From the NCBI GenBank assembly GCA_036388575.1, contig DASVRO010000064.1, forward strand, positions 11,782-75,781: a stretch of DNA of 64,000 bases, read 5' to 3'. This DNA comes from Allosphingosinicella sp. (GTDB taxonomy: Bacteria; Pseudomonadota; Alphaproteobacteria; Sphingomonadales; Sphingomonadaceae). Under the pieces are notes generated by a model. It was not told where the DNA came from. It was given only the letters and a program-made list of their open reading frames with translations, and made no database searches. Within the stretch, counting starts at the first letter, position 1, and every line of letters begins with the position of its first letter. The position numbers and the translations under genes are program-made. Below, piece after piece: positions 27,886-38,301 of the stretch.

Positions 27886-29140
27886 CGCCGTCAACCGCAC
27901 CCCCACCGACTGGCGCGCCGGCGAGATGCAGCGCCGGATCGCCCGCCGCTATGCCGCCGAGCGGCGGTTCCGCTGGATCGGCCTCGGCGCGATCCTGCTG
28001 TCGGCGGGCTTCCTGGCCCTGCTCCTGTTCACGATGGTCTCGAACGGCGCCCGCGGCTTCACCCGGACCGAGGTGCAGCTCAACGTCGATTTCGCCAAGG
28101 CGCCGCTGTTCCTCGACCCCGCCACAGTGCGCGCGAGCGGAGCGAAGGCCGCGCTCGCCGGCTCCGACCTCCAGGGCGTCGTCGCAAAGGCGGCGGAGAC
28201 TCAATATGGCGCCCGCGGCGCCCGGCTGCTGGCGGATACGGCCTGGCTCAGGGTGCTCGATGCGATCGAAGCCGATCCGTCCCTCCTCACCCGGACGGCG
28301 AGCCTGTGGCTGCCCGCCTCGACCGAGATCGACGTCGCCGCCAAGAACGACGGCGATCCCGAAGCGGAGCGCACCTACGACCAGCTCAGCGCCCGCGATG
28401 CCGTCCGGACCCGTTTCAACAGCGACTTCCTGACGTCGGCCGATGCGACCGATCCGGCCGCCGTCGGGATATGGGGAGCGTTCAAGGGCTCGCTTCTGAC
28501 GATGCTGGTGACTCTCGCCATCGCCTTCCCGGTCGGCGTGCTCTCCGCCATCTATCTCGAGGAATATGCGCCTCGCAATCGATGGACCGACCTCATCGAG
28601 GTGTCGATCAACAACCTCGCGGCGGTGCCGTCGATCATCTTCGGCCTGCTCGGCCTCGCCGTCTTTCTCAACACGATGCACATGCCGCGCTCGGCGCCGC
28701 TGGTCGGCGGGCTTACGCTGGCGCTGATGACGATGCCGGTGATCGTCATCGCCGGCCGCAACGCGATCAAGTCGGTGCCGCCCTCCATCCGCGACGCCGC
28801 CCTCGGAATCGGCGCGAGCCGGATCCAGGTCGTCTGGCATCACGTCCTGCCGCTGGCCCTGCCGGGGATCCTGACCGGGACGATCATCGGCATGGCGCGC
28901 GCGCTCGGCGAGACGGCGCCGCTGCTGATGATCGGCATGCGCGCCTTCATCTCCACGCCCCCGGGCGGCTTCACCGACCCGGCGAGCGTGCTGCCGGTCC
29001 AGATCTTCCTGTGGTCGGACGAGGTCAGCCGCGGCTTCGTCGAAAAGACTTCGGCGGCGATCATCGTCCTGCTGGCCTTCCTGCTGGCGATGAACGGGGT
29101 CGCCATCTATCTGAGAAACAAGTTCGAGAGGCGCTGGTGA
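27878..29140 (+). CDS. pstA: Phosphate ABC transporter permease
   Basis: [29 protein letters not shown]. Confidence 0.94.
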   Translation: MTDAVNRTPTDWRAGEMQRRIARRYAAERRFRWIGLGAILLSAGFLALLLFTMVSNGARGFTRTEVQLNVDFAKAPLFLDPATVRASGAKAALAGSDLQGVVAKAAETQYGARGARLLADTAWLRVLDAIEADPSLLTRTASLWLPASTEIDVAAKNDGDPEAERTYDQLSARDAVRTRFNSDFLTSADATDPAAVGIWGAFKGSLLTMLVTLAIAFPVGVLSAIYLEEYAPRNRWTDLIEVSINNLAAVPSIIFGLLGLAVFLNTMHMPRSAPLVGGLTLALMTMPVIVIAGRNAIKSVPPSIRDAALGIGASRIQVVWHHVLPLALPGILTGTIIGMARALGETAPLLMIGMRAFISTPPGGFTDPASVLPVQIFLWSDEVSRGFVEKTSAAIIVLLAFLLAMNGVAIYLRNKFERRW

Positions 29141-29145
29141 CCTTG

Positions 29146-29958
29146 ATGATCGACGAGAAACAAAGGACGGACACTGAAGCCGCCCCGGCCGCTGCCGAGG
29201 GCGCGCCGAAGATGCGGGCTCGGGACGTCAACGTCTGGTACGGCGAGAAGCAGGCGATCAACCAGGTCTCCATCGACGTCCGGCCGGAGCATGTCACGGC
29301 CTTCATCGGTCCGTCGGGCTGCGGCAAGTCGACCTTCCTGCGCACCCTCAACCGGATGAACGACACCATCCCCAGCGCGCGAGTCACCGGCGGGATCGAG
29401 CTGGACGGCGAGGACATCTACTCGACGGGCATGGACGTCGTGCAGCTGCGCGCCCGGGTCGGGATGGTGTTCCAGAAGCCCAACCCCTTCCCCAAGTCGA
29501 TCTACGAGAACGTCGCCTACGGGCCTCGAATCCACGGGCTGGCGACCGGTCGGCAGGAGCTCGACGCCATCGTCGAGCGGTCGCTGAAGCGGGCGGGCCT
29601 CTGGGAGGAAGTGAGGGATCGCCTGACCGAGAGCGGGACCGCCCTCTCCGGCGGCCAGCAGCAGCGCCTGTGCATCGCCCGGGCGATCGCGGTCGATCCG
29701 GAGGTGATCCTGATGGACGAGCCCTGCTCGGCGCTCGACCCGATCGCCACCGCTAAGATCGAGGAGCTGATCCACGAGCTTCGCGGCCGCTACGCGATCG
29801 TCATCGTCACCCACAACATGCAGCAGGCCGCCCGGGTCTCGCAGCGCACCGCCTTCTTCCATCTCGGCGAGCTGCTCGAATATGGCGAGACGTCGGAGAT
29901 CTTCACCAATCCCAAGGTCGAGAGGACCAAGGATTACATCACCGGCCGCTACGGCTGA
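29146..29958 (+). CDS. pstB: Phosphate ABC transporter ATPase
   Basis: [47 protein letters not shown]. Confidence 0.96.
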   Translation: MIDEKQRTDTEAAPAAAEGAPKMRARDVNVWYGEKQAINQVSIDVRPEHVTAFIGPSGCGKSTFLRTLNRMNDTIPSARVTGGIELDGEDIYSTGMDVVQLRARVGMVFQKPNPFPKSIYENVAYGPRIHGLATGRQELDAIVERSLKRAGLWEEVRDRLTESGTALSGGQQQRLCIARAIAVDPEVILMDEPCSALDPIATAKIEELIHELRGRYAIVIVTHNMQQAARVSQRTAFFHLGELLEYGETSEIFTNPKVERTKDYITGRYG

Positions 29959-29969
29959 GGGACCCAGAC

Positions 29970-30653
29970 ATGCCAAGCACAGGTCACACGCTCAAAGCCT
30001 TCGACGACGATCTCAACCATCTGCGCGCCAGCATCGCGGAGATGGGCGGGCTCGCCGAGGCGGCGATCGCCGCGGCGATGCGCGCTCTCGCCGAGCGCGA
30101 CAGCGACCGCGCCCGCGAGGTCGTCGAAGGGGACAAGAGGATCGACGCGATGGAGGCGGAGATCGAGGCGCTTGCCGTCCGGATCATCGCGCTGAGGGCG
30201 CCGATGGCCGACGATCTGCGCGAAGTCGTCGCGGCTCTGAAGATCGTCGGAGTGGTCGAGCGGATCGCCGATTATGCGAAGAACATCGCCAAGCGGGTTC
30301 CGGCGATCGAGGACAGCCCGAACCTGCGGCCGCTTTCGCTGCTGCCGGAAATGGGCCGGATCGTCGCCGAGATGGTGCGAAGCGCGCTCGATTCCTTCGT
30401 CGCCCGGGATCCGGCCCAGGCCGGACTGGTCTGCGAGCGCGACAAGGCGGTGGACGATTTCTACAACTCCATCTTCCGCACCCTGCTCACCTTCATGATG
30501 GAGAGCCCGAACAACATCACTCCGGCCACCCACCTGCTCTTCGTCGCGAAGAACCTGGAGCGGATCGGCGACCATGCGACCAACATCGCCGAGATGGTCT
30601 ATTTCGCGGCGACGGGGGACCATCTCGGGGAGCGCGAGAAGGGCGGCGAGTGA
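29970..30653 (+). CDS. phoU: Phosphate signalling protein PhoU (copy 1)
   Basis: H..KAFD.DL, PMADDLR, ERIADYAKNI, LERIGDHATNIAE. Confidence 0.95.
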   Translation: MPSTGHTLKAFDDDLNHLRASIAEMGGLAEAAIAAAMRALAERDSDRAREVVEGDKRIDAMEAEIEALAVRIIALRAPMADDLREVVAALKIVGVVERIADYAKNIAKRVPAIEDSPNLRPLSLLPEMGRIVAEMVRSALDSFVARDPAQAGLVCERDKAVDDFYNSIFRTLLTFMMESPNNITPATHLLFVAKNLERIGDHATNIAEMVYFAATGDHLGEREKGGE

Positions 30654-31348
30654 CCGGGGGGCGGATCCTCCTGGTCGAGGACGACCGGGCGCTTGCCGAG
30701 CTGGTCGATTTCCACCTCGGGAAGGCCGGCTACGAGACCGAGGTGACCGCCAGCGGCGACGAGGCCCTGCGGCTGGCCGGCGAGGCCCCGCCCGATCTCG
30801 TCCTGCTCGACTGGATGATCGAAGGCACGTCCGGCATCGAGGTCTGCCGGCACTTGCGCCGGATGGGCCGGACGAAACCGGTCCCGATCATCATGATGAC
30901 CGCGCGAGGCGAGGAGGCCGATCGAATTCGGGGGCTCGATACCGGCGCCGACGATTACATCACCAAGCCCTTCTCGCCCCGCGAGATGCTGGCGCGCGTC
31001 GGCGCCGTCCTGCGCCGCGTACGGCCGGCGCTGGCGGGTGGAACGCTGAGCTTCGAGGATCTGGAGATGGACGTGGCGGCCCATCGGGTCCGGCGCGGCG
31101 GCCGGCCGATTCACCTCTCGCCGTCCGAGTTCCGGCTCCTGCGCCACTTCCTCGAAAGCCCGCGCCGGGTCTTCACCCGCGAGGGACTGCTCGACACGGT
31201 CTGGAACGACGGGTCCGATCTCGACCAGCGGACCGTCGACGTCCACGTCCGCCGGATCCGCAAAGCGCTGAACGAGGGCGGCAAACCCAATCTCATCCGC
31301 ACCGTCCGATCGGCCGGATATGCGCTGGAGAGGGCGCAGGACACCTGA
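30650..31348 (+). CDS. phoB: Phosphate regulon response regulator (copy 1)
   Basis: LLDWM, TARGEE.DR.RGL.TGADDYITKPFSP, RTVDVH.RR, IRTVRSAGY; GTG start. Confidence 0.92.
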   Translation: MTGGRILLVEDDRALAELVDFHLGKAGYETEVTASGDEALRLAGEAPPDLVLLDWMIEGTSGIEVCRHLRRMGRTKPVPIIMMTARGEEADRIRGLDTGADDYITKPFSPREMLARVGAVLRRVRPALAGGTLSFEDLEMDVAAHRVRRGGRPIHLSPSEFRLLRHFLESPRRVFTREGLLDTVWNDGSDLDQRTVDVHVRRIRKALNEGGKPNLIRTVRSAGYALERAQDT

Positions 31349-31369
31349 TCGCGAGCGGCCGCGACGCTC

Positions 31370-31387
31370 GTGTCATACGGGTGTCAT
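31370..31387 (+). promoter_or_regulatory. Pho box for the CYTH-CHAD gene
   Basis: GTGTCAT-ACGG-GTGTCAT. Confidence 0.78.
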
Positions 31388-31409
31388 CATAATCCAGTTT
31401 AACGCCCGC

Positions 31410-32879
31410 GTGATCAAATCCCAGGAAGTCGAGCTCAAGCTGGAGCTGCCGACCGGCGAGATCGAGGCGTTCCGTCATGCGCCGGTGCTCGGCGATCCGG
31501 CGCGGCGGCCGGTCGACCAGGTCACCACCTATTTCGACACCGACAAAGGCGAGCTGCGCCGGGCCGGCTATTCGCTGCGCCTGAGGCGCAAGGGCCGAAG
31601 CTGCCTTCAGACCGTCAAGCAGCGCGGCACCGATTCGGGCGGCTTCTCGAGCCGGGCCGAGTGGGAGAAGAAGGTCGAGACCCCAAGCCTCGATTTCGAG
31701 GCGCTCAAGGCGACTCCCCTCGGCAAGATCCTGACCAGGCGGGACATGCGCAAGCGCTTGGCGCCGGTGTCCGAGACTCAGGTCCGGCGGACGACCTGGC
31801 TGCTGGCTCTGGGCGGGAGCGAGATAGAGTTGATCCTCGACGAGGGCCGCGTGGTCGGCGGCGGCCGCGAGATGCCGATCAGCGAGATCGAGCTCGAGCT
31901 GCGGCGAGGGGCCCGCCGCGACCTGTTCGCCCTCGCCCAGTCGCTCGGCGAGGGCCTGACCCTGCGGATGGGCGTGATGAGCAAGTCCGAGCGCGGCTTT
32001 CGACTGCTCGAGGATCGGTCGGTCCGCGCCCACAAGGCGGAAAAGATCAGGCTCGACGCCGGCATGACGATCGCCGAATCGTTCGCGGTCGTCGTCCAGT
32101 CCTGCCTGCGCCACTTCCGCCTCAACGAGCCGCTGATCGCTGGCGACATGAATGCCGCCGCGCTGCACCAGGCGAGGGTGGCGATTCGGCGGCTCCGATC
32201 GGCGCTGGCCCTGTTCCGGCCGGTCATCGCCGACGCCGACTTCCCGCGCCTCAGGTCCGAGCTGCGCTGGTTCGCGGACCAGCTCGGCGATGCGCGAAAT
32301 CTCGACGTGATACTCGCCGCCAGGCCGCAGCAGGGGGCCCAGCACGACGCCGCTCTGAGGCGGCAGCTGAGACGGCAGCGCAAGGAAGCCTATGAGCGGG
32401 TGCAAAAGGCGCTCGCCCAGCGCAGGCTGCCCGCGCTGATCCTCGACCTGGTCGCCTGGAGCGAGGCAGGCGAATGGCGCGGCGCGGAGGCGGCGGGGCA
32501 GCCGATCGGAGCCTTCGCCGCCGAACGGCTCGACCGTGCCTGGAAGCGGGTCCGCAAGCGCGGGAAGGAACTGCGCACCCTCACCGCGGAAGGCCGGCAC
32601 CGCCTCCGCATCGAGATCAAGAAGCTGCGCTATGCCACCGAGTTTTTCACCAGCCTCTCGCCAGGGAGTCGGCGGCGCCGGCAGAAAGCCTTTGCCGGCC
32701 ACATGCGCGAACTCCAGGAGCTGCTCGGCCAGCTCAACGACATCGAGACGAGGCGGCAGCTTGCGCCCCGGCTGTTCGAGCACGGCGAGGATGCCGTTGA
32801 AGGCGAGGCAACGGGCCTGATCGATCGAGCGGCGGAGGCCTGTGACGCGATGAGGGCGCTTGGCCCTTACTGGCGCTGA
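31410..32879 (+). CDS. CYTH + CHAD domain inorganic triphosphatase / polyphosphate-binding protein (YgiF-like)
   Basis: EVELK, YFDT, LRLR, EIELEL, SKSERG; CHAD motifs LHQARVAIRRLRS, H.LRI..KKLRY. Confidence 0.9.
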   Translation: MIKSQEVELKLELPTGEIEAFRHAPVLGDPARRPVDQVTTYFDTDKGELRRAGYSLRLRRKGRSCLQTVKQRGTDSGGFSSRAEWEKKVETPSLDFEALKATPLGKILTRRDMRKRLAPVSETQVRRTTWLLALGGSEIELILDEGRVVGGGREMPISEIELELRRGARRDLFALAQSLGEGLTLRMGVMSKSERGFRLLEDRSVRAHKAEKIRLDAGMTIAESFAVVVQSCLRHFRLNEPLIAGDMNAAALHQARVAIRRLRSALALFRPVIADADFPRLRSELRWFADQLGDARNLDVILAARPQQGAQHDAALRRQLRRQRKEAYERVQKALAQRRLPALILDLVAWSEAGEWRGAEAAGQPIGAFAAERLDRAWKRVRKRGKELRTLTAEGRHRLRIEIKKLRYATEFFTSLSPGSRRRRQKAFAGHMRELQELLGQLNDIETRRQLAPRLFEHGEDAVEGEATGLIDRAAEACDAMRALGPYWR

Positions 32880-33619
32880 GGCCTCAGCAGCTCGATCGCT
32901 TCCTCCGGAGTCGTGAAGCCGCGAGCGACGAGGGCGCGGACGGCGGCGGCGAGGTTCGGCCATTTTCGGAAGACGTGGTTGGCGATGGACGCCTCGTCGG
33001 CGCCGCAGACGATCAGCCGCCCGACGGTGGAGTCGACGGGCAAGGTCTCGAAGACTCCGATCGGCCCCGCGAAACCGCTCCCCTCGCAAGTGCCGCACCC
33101 CTGGGCCCGATAGACTACGACGCCGGGCTCCAGGCCGAGCGGCGCGGTGACGCTGTTGGGAGGCTGCACCGGCAACCGGCAGGCCGGGCACAGGCGACGG
33201 ACCTGTCGCTGCGCGAGCACGAGGCGAAGGACGCAGGCAATCGAAAAGGGCTCGACCCCGAGGGCGGCGAGACGGCCGATGGCGCCGAGTGCATCGCCGG
33301 CGGCGGCCGTCGCCAGCACGAGGCGGCCGCGCGCCGTCCGCAGCGCCGCGGCGGCACTTTCATGGCTGCCGATGCTGCCGATGGCGAGGGCGTCGGGCCT
33401 CGCCCGCATCAGGCCCCGAACGGTGGCGGCCCGCCCCGATCCTTCCGGCCCGGCGACCAATATCAGGCCTCCGGACTCTTCCAGGGCGTTCTCGAGCGCC
33501 TTCCGCGAGGACTGCGTCATCCCCGCGAAGAAGGGCGTCAGGCTGACGGGGTCCGGCGCGCCTTGCGCGGCGGCAAGGGAGCGGCCGCTTGAAATCTTGG
33601 AAGGGACGTCGAGCCGCAT
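32867..33619 (-). CDS. Degenerate GspE/PilB-like secretion ATPase C-terminal protein
   Basis: GLILVAGPEGSGRA (mutated Walker A), LAQR.VRRLCPAC...GCGTC.GSGF.G..GVFE, G.TT.EE. Confidence 0.75.
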   Translation of the reverse strand: MRLDVPSKISSGRSLAAAQGAPDPVSLTPFFAGMTQSSRKALENALEESGGLILVAGPEGSGRAATVRGLMRARPDALAIGSIGSHESAAAALRTARGRLVLATAAAGDALGAIGRLAALGVEPFSIACVLRLVLAQRQVRRLCPACRLPVQPPNSVTAPLGLEPGVVVYRAQGCGTCEGSGFAGPIGVFETLPVDSTVGRLIVCGADEASIANHVFRKWPNLAAAVRALVARGFTTPEEAIELLRPQRQ

Positions 33620-33642
33620 GGGTGGCTTCCTACGCTGCCAAG

Positions 33643-33671
33643 ATGACAGCGCAGTGGAAGATTTGTGACAG
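33643..33671 (-). promoter_or_regulatory. Pho box (3 half-sites) for the GspE-like gene
   Basis: Minus strand CTGTCAC-AAAT-CTTCCAC-TGCG-CTGTCAT. Confidence 0.75.
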
Positions 33672-33724
33672 CGTTGTCCAGCAAGGGTTATGCCGGATCG
33701 GGTTCGACATGGCGCTCGGTGGGC

Positions 33725-36472
33725 CTAGAAAGTGAAGCTCAGCCCCGCGCTGATCGTGCGTCCCACCTTGTAGGTGTTGATGTCGATCCGATTGCCCTCG
33801 AACTGCTGGAACTCCTCATAGTCCTGACCGAGCAGGTTGCGGGCCTCGAGCTTGATCTCGGCGCTCTTGCCGAGGAAGGCGATCTGCTCGCGGGCGACGA
33901 AGTCGAGGCGCAGGCCGGGCTTCTCGACGATGTCGGGCTGGCGCAGGCTGCCCTGGATCGGCCCGCGCTCGGTGACCCGCCGGCTCGCATAGGTGAGGAG
34001 GAAGGTCGCCTGCGCCAGCCGGTCCGTATTCTCGATTCCGAACTGGATGTTGGCGAGGTGATCCGACTGGCCGGTGAGCGGCGCTCCGTCCTCGAACAGG
34101 AGGTTGGCGGCGACCGGCTGGAGGTCCGGTCCGATCACCTGCGAGCCGTCCGCCTTCACCCGCGAGCGGGCGTAGGTGTAATTGGCGACGAGCAGCAGGC
34201 GCTGGCTGGCGAACTTCCCGCCGAGGCCGGACAGCGGAAGGAAGGTCTGGAGCTCGGCCTCGGCGCCGTAGAGCGTCGCTTGCGGAGCGTTGGCGAAGCC
34301 GGTGCGGAGCTGGCCGCCGCCGGCGAAGAAGGCTGCGGATTCGATCGGATTGTCGATCTTCTTGTAGAAGCCGGCGAGGCTGAACCGCTCGCCGCGGCGG
34401 AAATAATATTCATAGCGCGCCTCGGCGTTGGTCAGCTTGCTGTCGGTCAGGAAGGGGTTGCCGGTGAACTCCCGGTCGGACTCGAAATCCTGGTAGATCT
34501 GCGGCGCCAGCTCGCGGAACTGGGGCCGCGCGATCGTCTTCGAGCCGTGCAGGCGCAGCTGCATGTTGTCGGCGAAATTCCAGGTCAGGGTCGCGGCCGG
34601 AAGCCAGTAATCGTTGGCGATCCGGGTCGGCGCGGCGCCGACGGCGCTGGTCGCGACCGTCTCGACCGCGTTCTCGTAGCGGACTCCGAACTGCGCCCGC
34701 AGCGCCGCGCTCGGAAGCTCCACCTCGGCCTGGGCGTAGCCGGCATGGATGCGCAGCCCCGCCTCGTACGAGGCCGCCCCTTCCGCACCCGAGATGTCGC
34801 GCAGCTGGATGTTGAAATTGTAGATGTTGAAGTCCGAGAGGAGGAAATCGGGCCGCTCCTGCGCGACGGCGATCGGCAGGGCGCCTTCCGGGCGGAAATA
34901 CTGGAACTGGAAGCGCGAGGAGTCCCTCTGGCTCTTCGTATAGGCATAGCCCGCCGAGATCGTGGTCGGTAGCGCGAGGCGCAGGCGGTAGCTCAGGTCG
35001 ATCCCGCCGGCGTAGACCCTCTCGTCCAGGTCGTTGAACGCGATCGTCGCGGACTGGCCGCCCGAGGTCAGGTTGTTCACATAATCGTCGACGTCGCTGA
35101 TGCTCTTGGTGGCCGGGTCGTTGTCGCCGAGCCAGGTGTAGCTGATGTCGCGTTCATAGGGGGATTCGCGCTGCGACTTGGCGACGGTGCCGCGCAGGTC
35201 GAGGCCGAAATCGCCGAACTTGAACTCGCCGACGAACTGGGTGTCGATCAGCTGGCGCTCGAACCAGTAGGTGTTCTGCTCGATGATCGACGGCGGCAGG
35301 TTCGGGTCCTGGTCCTGGACACTGCGGTTGAAGCCGGCGGCGAGGCGGCCCTGCTTCAAAGTGTCGCGGATGAACAAGTTGGTCCACCGCAGCTTGTGCT
35401 CGCCGATCTCGGCGCCGAGTCCGACCATTGCGTTGACGAGCACGCGATTGTCGGTGGTGACCCGGCGGAAGCTCGACTGCGGCGTTCCGGCAAGCCCGGG
35501 GTCGAGGGAGATCTGTTGGAGGGCGTCGCGCGTCCGCCAGCTGTTGCTGTAGCCGGCGGCGGCGAGGAGGCCGATCCGCGCTCCGAGCAGGTCGAAGGCG
35601 GTGCCGGCGCTGACGCTCCCGCCGAGATTGGGCGGCAGGTTGCGGACGCGCTGAAGCAGGGTGGTGGGCGCATTGGTCAGAGCCGCGCCGAAGTCGCGCC
35701 GCTCCGCCGCCGTCGTCGCACCGTTGAAGTCGCCGCCGGCGACGGCGGTCCTGAGGCCGGCCGGCATGTCGCGGGTGCCGTCGTCGAAGCCGAGCGGGTC
35801 GAGGTCGCTGCCGTAATAGGCATAGCCGAAATGGCCGGTGGTCTCGCTGTCGAACTCGACCGACCCGCCGATCGTGACGAAGCTCTCGTCCGGGATGGAG
35901 GTGGTGGTGAGGTTGATCACGCCGCCGCCGAACTCGCCGGGATAATTGACCGAATAGCTCTTCTGGACGAGCGAGCTGGCGATCAGGCCGGTCGGGAAGA
36001 TGTCGAGCGGCACGACCCGGCGCAGCGGCTCGGGGCTCGGCAGCGGCGAGCCGTTCAGCAAGGCGAGCGAGTAGCGGTCGCCGAGGCCCCGGACGTAGAC
36101 GAAGCCGCTGCCGACGACCGACAGGCCGGTCACGCGCTGGAGCGCTCCGGCGATGTCCCCCTCGCCGGTGCGGGCGATGTCCTCGGCCGACAGGACGGAC
36201 ACGACCTCGGCCGTGTTGCGCAGGACATTGGGGATGTTGCGCCCGGTGACGACGATATCCCCCGCCTGGCCGGGATCGGCGCCCGGGGCGGACACTTCGA
36301 TATCGTCCTCGACGGGTGCCGGCGTGTCCGCGGCCGGGGCCGACCCCGCCTCTTCGGTCTCTTCCACGGCAGGCGCCTGTTCGACCGGCGGCACATCCTG
36401 AGCGAAAGCGGCTGTCGCCGTCAGCGCCGTCGACAGGAGAAGCAGGCTCCCAAGGCGGATGGGTTTCAACAT
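33725..36472 (-). CDS. TonB-dependent receptor
   Basis: Signal peptide, DIVVTG TonB box, plug ALQRVTGLS...VRGLG.RY, beta-barrel ending in Phe; real start ATG 36472. Confidence 0.92.
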   Translation of the reverse strand: MLKPIRLGSLLLLSTALTATAAFAQDVPPVEQAPAVEETEEAGSAPAADTPAPVEDDIEVSAPGADPGQAGDIVVTGRNIPNVLRNTAEVVSVLSAEDIARTGEGDIAGALQRVTGLSVVGSGFVYVRGLGDRYSLALLNGSPLPSPEPLRRVVPLDIFPTGLIASSLVQKSYSVNYPGEFGGGVINLTTTSIPDESFVTIGGSVEFDSETTGHFGYAYYGSDLDPLGFDDGTRDMPAGLRTAVAGGDFNGATTAAERRDFGAALTNAPTTLLQRVRNLPPNLGGSVSAGTAFDLLGARIGLLAAAGYSNSWRTRDALQQISLDPGLAGTPQSSFRRVTTDNRVLVNAMVGLGAEIGEHKLRWTNLFIRDTLKQGRLAAGFNRSVQDQDPNLPPSIIEQNTYWFERQLIDTQFVGEFKFGDFGLDLRGTVAKSQRESPYERDISYTWLGDNDPATKSISDVDDYVNNLTSGGQSATIAFNDLDERVYAGGIDLSYRLRLALPTTISAGYAYTKSQRDSSRFQFQYFRPEGALPIAVAQERPDFLLSDFNIYNFNIQLRDISGAEGAASYEAGLRIHAGYAQAEVELPSAALRAQFGVRYENAVETVATSAVGAAPTRIANDYWLPAATLTWNFADNMQLRLHGSKTIARPQFRELAPQIYQDFESDREFTGNPFLTDSKLTNAEARYEYYFRRGERFSLAGFYKKIDNPIESAAFFAGGGQLRTGFANAPQATLYGAEAELQTFLPLSGLGGKFASQRLLLVANYTYARSRVKADGSQVIGPDLQPVAANLLFEDGAPLTGQSDHLANIQFGIENTDRLAQATFLLTYASRRVTERGPIQGSLRQPDIVEKPGLRLDFVAREQIAFLGKSAEIKLEARNLLGQDYEEFQQFEGNRIDINTYKVGRTISAGLSFTF

Positions 36473-36499
36473 TCGAAATTCCCCCGGTGCATTCACGAT

Positions 36500-36535
36500 A
36501 AAAAAGGGGGCGGCGGCCGGCTGGGCCGCCGCCCC
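36500..36535 (-). terminator. Intrinsic terminator/attenuator between the lipoprotein gene and the TonB receptor
   Basis: GGGGCGGCGGCC-CAGCC-GGCCGCCGCCCC followed by CTTTTTT on the minus strand. Confidence 0.75.
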
Positions 36536-36549
36536 GGTCAGCCGCTCGA

Positions 36550-38115
36550 TCAGGAGGTGGGAACGGCCGTGCAGTTGCCGCTGGCGTTGCCGAAGCTCGC
36601 GTAGCCGGCATTGCAGGTCCAGCCGGAATACCAGGTGTCGGCGGCGTTGCGGACGGCGCCGACATAGGCGGCCGCCTCGAGCCGGTTCGGCGCCGCCGCG
36701 TTGACGGTGGCGAACTGGTCGGCGTTGAACGAAGTCGGATCCGTCGCCGCCACGCCGGTCTCGTTGCCGCCGTTGACGAAGATGTTCATCAGCGTCGAGG
36801 TGAAGTTCGAAACGTTGCCGTTCGAACCCGAGCCGAAGATCGCCTGGATCTCCGCCACCGTGACATTGCCGTCGTCGCGGAACGGAGTGGGGCAGGCCAG
36901 GGCGACCGATCGGAAGATCGGCGGGCCGATGTCCTGCAGCGCGTTGTCGGCGGCGCGGATGGTGGTCCCGCTGGTCGCGTCGATGTCGAGGCAGGCCTGC
37001 GGGCCGACGACGATGCTGTTGATCAGCGCATAGTCGGTGCCGCCGCGCAGGAGGATCGTGTTGCCGCCCTGGACGGTGCTGCGCTGGACGAAGGTGGCGT
37101 TGCTGACGCGGGTATATTGGCGCGGCAGGGCGTCCTCGTTGCCGTTCGAATCGGCCTCGATCATCGAATCGCCGTTCTGGCCGTCGCGCTGGACTCCGAT
37201 GACGAACTGGATCGTGCCGCGATAGCCGAGATCGGTGTCGAGCCCGTCGTCGTCGGCGCCGGTCACCACCAGATGCTTCGCGTTCACCCGGCCGCCGAAG
37301 ATCTCGATGCCGTCGTCGGAGCTGTTGTGGATCTGGATGTGGTCGATCGTGCTGTTGTTGCCGACCCCGCCCATGGTGAGGCCCTGCAATTCGTTGCCGG
37401 GAGCAATGGCGAAGCCGGAATAGCGGATCTGGACGAACCGCATCGTGCCCGAATTGTCGGTGGCGAGGTTGCCGCCGTAGAAGGAGCCGGTCGTGCCCTC
37501 GATCACCTGCTGGCAGGCGGCCGAGCCGCCCGGAACGGCGGTGTTGCAGTCGCTGATCGGCGCCCGGCCGAGCAGGATGACTCCGCCCCAAAGGCCCTGG
37601 GTCGAATCGGTGGCCGTGCCCTCGACGTTGGCGCGGGCGGTGAAGATGATCGGCTGGGTGGCGTTGCCGACGGCGTTGATCCGCGATCCGCGGTTGATCA
37701 CCAGATAGTCGTTGCCCGACGAGCCGAAGATGGTGACTCCGGCCTGGACGGTGAGGGTGACGGCGTCGCCGCCGGCCAGGGCGCCGTCGCCGCCGACGTC
37801 GGTGCCGACGTTGACCGGGCCGGCCAGCGAATAGATTACGCCCGGCAGCTTCTGGACGGTGTAATCGTCGTTGATCCGCCCGGACATCTCGCAATTGCGC
37901 CAGGCCGTCGCGATCACGCCGCGATCGACGGTGCCCTGGGGGCAGGCGGCGGCGGGCGTGCCGTTGCCGGCCGGGGGCGGGGGAGGCGGCGGCGCGGGAG
38001 CCCCGGGGACCGGGACGACGATCGTGCCTTCGCCGGGCGAGGCCGTGTCCTGCGGGCCGCAGGCGGCCAGCGGAATCAGAGTCGAGAGCAGCAGAATCGA
38101 GCGGAGACGAAGCAT
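36550..38115 (-). CDS. Surface lipoprotein, beta-helix-like, ElpS-like
   Basis: LAAC lipobox, Pro-rich linker, GLWGGVILLG.AP, DDGIEIFGG, DDGLDTD.GY; paired with a TBDR and Pho box as in Caulobacter elpS. Confidence 0.7.
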   Translation of the reverse strand: MLRLRSILLLSTLIPLAACGPQDTASPGEGTIVVPVPGAPAPPPPPPPAGNGTPAAACPQGTVDRGVIATAWRNCEMSGRINDDYTVQKLPGVIYSLAGPVNVGTDVGGDGALAGGDAVTLTVQAGVTIFGSSGNDYLVINRGSRINAVGNATQPIIFTARANVEGTATDSTQGLWGGVILLGRAPISDCNTAVPGGSAACQQVIEGTTGSFYGGNLATDNSGTMRFVQIRYSGFAIAPGNELQGLTMGGVGNNSTIDHIQIHNSSDDGIEIFGGRVNAKHLVVTGADDDGLDTDLGYRGTIQFVIGVQRDGQNGDSMIEADSNGNEDALPRQYTRVSNATFVQRSTVQGGNTILLRGGTDYALINSIVVGPQACLDIDATSGTTIRAADNALQDIGPPIFRSVALACPTPFRDDGNVTVAEIQAIFGSGSNGNVSNFTSTLMNIFVNGGNETGVAATDPTSFNADQFATVNAAAPNRLEAAAYVGAVRNAADTWYSGWTCNAGYASFGNASGNCTAVPTS

Positions 38116-38192
38116 CGGGAACCCCCTTATGGTGTCGAAGGCAGCTCGCTTCAGGTGCGAGTCTGTTTCGACGGCCGGACTAGGGAGATTCT

Positions 38193-38210
38193 ATGATCGT
38201 CGTGTGACAG
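38193..38210 (-). promoter_or_regulatory. Pho box for the lipoprotein-TBDR operon
   Basis: Minus strand CTGTCAC-ACGA-CGATCAT in an AT-richer intergenic stretch. Confidence 0.6.
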
Positions 38211-38301
38211 TACCGTCGCCGCAAAGGGCATTTTTAATCGGTGAAACGTGTAACATTCATTTCATAATGGTGAAGTACTACTGCCACACTTCCAGCGCAT
38301 T

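Noticed and set aside
36473-37894. N-terminal extension making the TonB receptor 1389 aa
   Set aside because: Arg/Pro-rich off-frame reading of the lipoprotein gene; a signal peptide begins at 36472 and a terminator lies in between
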